Made by a program: the position numbers and the translations under genes
The notes under the pieces: generated by a model
What the model saw: only the letters and a program-made list of their open reading frames with translations
Databases searched by the model: none
What the model was told of the DNA's origin: nothing
Part shown: one piece after another, positions 60,499 through 64,000 of the stretch
Layout of the letters: each line of letters opens with the position of its first letter
How positions within the stretch are numbered: position 1 is the stretch's first letter
DNA from: an uncultured Erysipelotrichaceae bacterium
GTDB taxonomy: Bacteria; Bacillota_I; Bacilli_A; RF39; UBA660
Direction of reading: 5' to 3'
DNA: 64,000 bases
NCBI GenBank assembly: GCA_902775285.1
Contig: CACYLI010000002.1
Coordinates: forward strand, 8,413 to 72,412

Positions 60499-60836
60499 AA
60501 TCTAGGCATCTTCTTTCTAATTAGTATTTTAAATTCACTATAACAATAATCATATACATTATTGTCTTTTAAATATTTATTTATTTTTTCATTAGTATTA
60601 TATAGAGTTACTTTTCCATTATTCTTTCTAACTAAATCAGATATTTTAATTATTGAATCAATACCACTTTTATCTATAGATATCACCTCACTAAAATCAA
60701 TAAAAACATTATCAATATCAAATAAAAGAAGTATCGGTATTATATCTAATTCAAATTCATTGATATTCTTTTTAATTAATTGTTCTTTTAATTTTAAATG
60801 TAATTCATTATTTTTATAATTTATTTGTGTTGTCAT
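60495..60836 (-). CDS. spoIIAA: STAS-domain anti-sigma factor antagonist, SpoIIAA-like (divergent)
   Basis: IDFSEV.SIDKSGI, V..N.GKV; upstream of sigF-like gene and near dacF. Confidence 0.7.
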   Translation of the reverse strand: MTTQINYKNNELHLKLKEQLIKKNINEFELDIIPILLLFDIDNVFIDFSEVISIDKSGIDSIIKISDLVRKNNGKVTLYNTNEKINKYLKDNNVYDYCYSEFKILIRKKMPRL

Positions 60837-60856
60837 AAATAGATAATACTATATGT

Positions 60857-61999
60857 TTAATGCTTTTTAAACCGATTCGACAAAACTAGATATATTTTTT
60901 TCTTATATATAAAAACTATTGAAATAATACTAAAGAATAATAAAGAAAAGTATATATATACATTGTCAAGTGTTGTTGGATTAATCATTTCTTCTTTTGG
61001 TTCTTCTACTTCTTTTTCTTCTACTGGTTCTTCTACTTCTTTTACCGGTTCTTCAGGTTCTTCATCTTCTTTTACAACATATACAACTCTACAAAAATAT
61101 TTTCTACAATGAGCATAATCATCAACTATTATTCCATAAGAACTAACTAATATATAATCACTAGTTATATATCTGTAATATGTCTTCTTTGAACTTTCTA
61201 TTTTTTCATATCCTTCTAATTCATAATAATAGTCTTCAGTAACTTCTTCTTTTATATTATAAGTTTTATACAATTTATCAACATATGAATATTCAATTAA
61301 ATTATAATTAAAACTTGCATTTAATTCTTCTTTTTTTATGTCAAATTCTCTTCCATTTGTTCTATAATCTTTTCCTAATAATTCAAAACCATCTTTATTC
61401 AAATAACTAAAATGAATTAAATTATTTTCATTATCACTTTTATAATAGATTTTTAATAAAACATTATTAATATTTGGCTTGTTTTTAAAACTAATCCTTA
61501 TACGTTCAAAATCTTTATAATCACTATAATTATTATTAAACAAATATTCTAAATCTTCACTTATATCTATTTCTATTTTTTCTAATGTGTCTTTTTCTAA
61601 TAGTTCTATTTGAGATATTAGAATATTATCACTTTTGTTTTTCTTAATAATTTCAAATTCAGATATATCATCTTCATTAAATCTCTTTGTAACTTCTTTC
61701 TCTTCAATTATACGTCCTTCAATCTCTTCTGGTTTAATTTTTAAACCATCAATTTTCTCACTATAAATATAATCATCGTAATCTATTATTTTGTCTCCCG
61801 CTTCATCTTTTCGTAAGTATTCCTCATTGTATCTAGTTTCTTTTTTCCATAAATATCTATCTTGTTTTTGAATAAAAAAATCATCATATTCTTTAGGATA
61901 TTCTAAACTTCAATCACTATATGTTACTTCATAAGCATATACTTCATAATAAAAGCAAAAAAGAATTAAAGATAATATAAATTTGATTATTTTTTTCAT
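60857..61999 (-). pseudogene. 380-codon cell-surface protein gene (signal peptide, NPTTLD plus TM anchor) with a single in-frame TGA at 61910-61912
   Basis: Manual translation from ATG 61999 (GGAGGA RBS): MKKIIKFILSLILFCFYYEVYAYEVTYSD*SLEYPKEY..., then open through to the listed 60857..61543 ORF. Confidence 0.7.
60876..60884 (-). promoter_or_regulatory. Spo0A box upstream of spoIIAA
   Basis: TTTGTCGAA on minus strand 40 nt upstream of the spoIIAA start. Confidence 0.55.
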
Positions 62000-62083
62000 A
62001 TTTTTCCTCCCTATTAATATAATCTATCAAAAAAATATGAAACACTTCTTTTTTTGTAAAAAAAAATTACTTTTTAATAGTAA

Positions 62084-62737
62084 TTAATTTTTATAATTTA
62101 AATTATAGAAAAATGCTATTATAATTGAACCTATTGAATTACCAAGTACCATAATTAGTAAATATAATAAAGTTTTCCATGACCAAACACTAGCAACTGT
62201 AAAATAATACATATTGGCTACACAGTGCTCAAATCCACAGAGAATAAATACCATTACACACATAAATATTCCTACGTATTTTCCTATTTCATTATTAGCT
62301 TTTTTATAATTATTTACTGCTATATACATAAGCATTCCACAAAATATAGATAAAACTAATATACTAACTAAATTATCATTAAGTTTAAGATTAGATATTT
62401 CAAGTGCTCTAACTTGAATATTTGAAAATCTTGTTAGAAGAATTAATCTTCCAACTATAAATGTTCCTATAAAATTACCAATTAAACTAAGTAATAATTC
62501 AATAGTATAATTAATTTTATTTATTAAAATATATCCTACTTTTCCAGTATATAAATTCATACCATACATGCATATCATTAAAAGACCAATTGAGAACAAA
62601 AATGATCCAGTAACACTATCTTTTACACTTAAATAAACTGTCCCTCCAATACCAATCATTAATCCAGCATAAATTCCTTTAATTAAATAATCACAATACT
62701 TTTTTAGATACTTTTTATCTACTATTTTTCTTTTCAT
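62084..62737 (-). CDS. Formate/nitrite transporter family protein
   Basis: AG.MIGIG, FS.GL, LYTG, GNFIG, FILCGFEHCVANM, GN.IG. Confidence 0.92.
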   Translation of the reverse strand: MKRKIVDKKYLKKYCDYLIKGIYAGLMIGIGGTVYLSVKDSVTGSFLFSIGLLMICMYGMNLYTGKVGYILINKINYTIELLLSLIGNFIGTFIVGRLILLTRFSNIQVRALEISNLKLNDNLVSILVLSIFCGMLMYIAVNNYKKANNEIGKYVGIFMCVMVFILCGFEHCVANMYYFTVASVWSWKTLLYLLIMVLGNSIGSIIIAFFYNLNYKN

Positions 62738-62787
62738 TTTTACTTCCCTTCTAATACTTTAATTATACAAAAAATAATTTATTAATA

Positions 62788-63580
62788 CTACATTATTTTA
62801 ACACCACTTATAATATCACTTAAAATATTATTGAATAATTTCATATAAGTTGTTTTTTTGATATCTTCTTTTACTATTAAATCATAATTATATGTTTTGC
62901 CATCATATTTTAATTTTAATACCCCAACTTTATCATTTTTCTTTATAGGTGCTTTCATTTTATATAATGTTTTTGATATATCATACTTTACATTTTTTAT
63001 ATTTTTACTTGCAATTATATTTACATCATCTTTTAAATAATATTTAACTTCTCTATTATATGCATTATCAACAATCATAGTTTCTTCAAATTTATTCTTA
63101 TTTAAAATATTTTCACTACCATAATTTGCAAAACCATACTCCATCATTGAAATTGTATCATTATTTCTATTATCTTTTGAATCTTCTCCCATAACAATTG
63201 AAAGAAGTCTCATATTATTTTTTTCCATAGTAGCAGTTAAACAATATAATGCATTATCTGTATACCCTGTTTTAAGACCATCAATTCCATTGTAAAATTT
63301 AATTAGTTTATTAGTATTTACTAACCAATGATTTTCTCCAGACACTTGTATATAATCTTCATAAGTACTAGTTATTCTTAAAATACTAGGATATCTTAAT
63401 AATTCACGTGCTATTAAAGATAAATCATATGCTGTTGTATAATGATCTTTAGTATCAAGTCCATGAGGATTTTTAAATGATGTATTTTTACATCCTAATT
63501 CTTTTGCTTTATCATTCATCATTTTTACAAAATTTTCTTCAGTTCCACCAATAAACTCTGCTATTGCTACTGCAGCATCT
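62788..63580 (-). pseudogene. dacF: 3' portion of D-alanyl-D-alanine carboxypeptidase dacF, split at the SxN motif by an insertion
   Basis: DAAVAIAEFIGGTEENFVKMMN, FKNPHGL, WLVNTNKLIKFY.G.DGLKTGYT; signal peptide, SxxK and SxN absent; homology stops at ~63580. Confidence 0.85.
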
Positions 63581-64000
63581 GTCGTTGCTACTAAAAAGCA
63601 GTAAAAAATCATTTAAATTTAAGATACTATTATTAAAACTAATTACATTTAATTTAAAATGTAGCATTACTTTATGAGTATCTTTTTCTTTTAATTCAAG
63701 TTTTTCTACCAATATTGTATCTAATATAGAACCTATTATTCTATACAATACTTCATCATCATTTGAAATTATATTTTTAATTTTTTTATAAAAGCTATTT
63801 ATATTATCTTTATAATTATTTTCATTTGAAATAGATATATATTCTTTCTTTTTCTTTTCTAATAAACATAAATCAAAATTATATTTTTTTCTTTGAGCAT
63901 TATATTCTTGCATATTTATTTCTTTTCTAGCACGCATGTTAATTAATTCACTACTAGCTCTATTAATTTTTTCTATTTCTTTTTCTATATCACTTATCTG
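63539..64000 (-). CDS. C-terminal part of a large serine recombinase (runs off window end)
   Basis: Frame open from 64000: QISDIEKEIEKINRASSELINMRARKEINMQEYNAQRKKY...RIIGSILDTILVE...VMLHFK, typical LSR coiled-coil/C-terminal pattern; last codons read across the junction into dacF sequence. Confidence 0.7.
   Translation of the reverse strand, partial: QISDIEKEIEKINRASSELINMRARKEINMQEYNAQRKKYNFDLCLLEKKKKEYISISNENNYKDNINSFYKKIKNIISNDDEVLYRIIGSILDTILVEKLELKEKDTHKVMLHFKLNVISFNNSILNLNDFLLLFSSNDRCCSSNSRVYWWN
63580..64000 (-). mobile_element. End of an integrated element (prophage/ICE/skin-like) inserted in dacF
   Basis: Recombinase C-terminus abuts truncated dacF; junction near 63560-63610 has short imperfect inverted repeats (TACTGC/GCAGTA, AGCA/TGCT). 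Confidence 0.65.

Noticed and set aside
60985-61070. Short tandem repeats (EEPVKEV / EEPVEEKEV / EEPKEE)
   Set aside because: Ordinary low-complexity linker preceding a cell-surface anchor.
63580-63612. ORF-track start MIFYCFLVATT as the true dacF N-terminus
   Set aside because: It lacks the signal peptide, SxxK and SxN motifs, and these codons belong to the inserted element.
1-64000. Genome-wide genetic code 4 (TGA = Trp)
   Set aside because: Long genes including rpoB, rpoC and the 18.5-kb ORF are open under code 11, and TGA terminates at least three genes. Only one in-frame TGA was found.
1-64000. CRISPR array or other non-coding tandem repeat array
   Set aside because: Intergenic gaps are short and explained by terminators, promoters and the L10 leader. 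No regularly spaced repeats were seen by eye.

Overview
Very AT-rich chromosomal window from a Bacilli-type firmicute with sporulation genes. The gene style suggests an uncultured, reduced gut lineage such as RF39, which is an inference. Almost every gene is on the minus strand, and genetic code 11 applies. The core backbone comprises rnj (partial), rpoZ, trmL, ffh, rpoC, rpoB, rplL, rplJ with an L10 leader, cdaR, cdaA, spoVS, recD2, tRNA-Arg(CCT), rseP and cdsA. The main accessory feature is a ~30 kb atypical type VII (T7SSb-like) locus at 1236-31132. It encodes a YukD/EsaB-like protein, EssC, a single-chain double WXG100 protein, small helical proteins, DUF4176 and a ~6,170-aa giant protein, but no EssA, EssB or EsaA is visible in the window. 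The giant protein carries a zinc ribbon, ~190-aa repeats, a hydrophobic membrane-insertion region and four putative enzyme domains in the order papain-like, transglutaminase-like, papain-like, unknown C-terminal domain. The four genes after it (unique, paralog A, alpha/beta hydrolase, paralog A') mirror that order, suggesting a multi-warhead toxin built by nested accretion of toxin-immunity cassettes. At the right end, dacF is cut at its SxN catalytic motif by a large-serine-recombinase element. spoIIAA-sigF lacks spoIIAB, and SpoIIAA has lost its phospho-acceptor Ser. A surface-protein gene carries one in-frame TGA. All domain calls come from motif recognition by eye, with no database searches.
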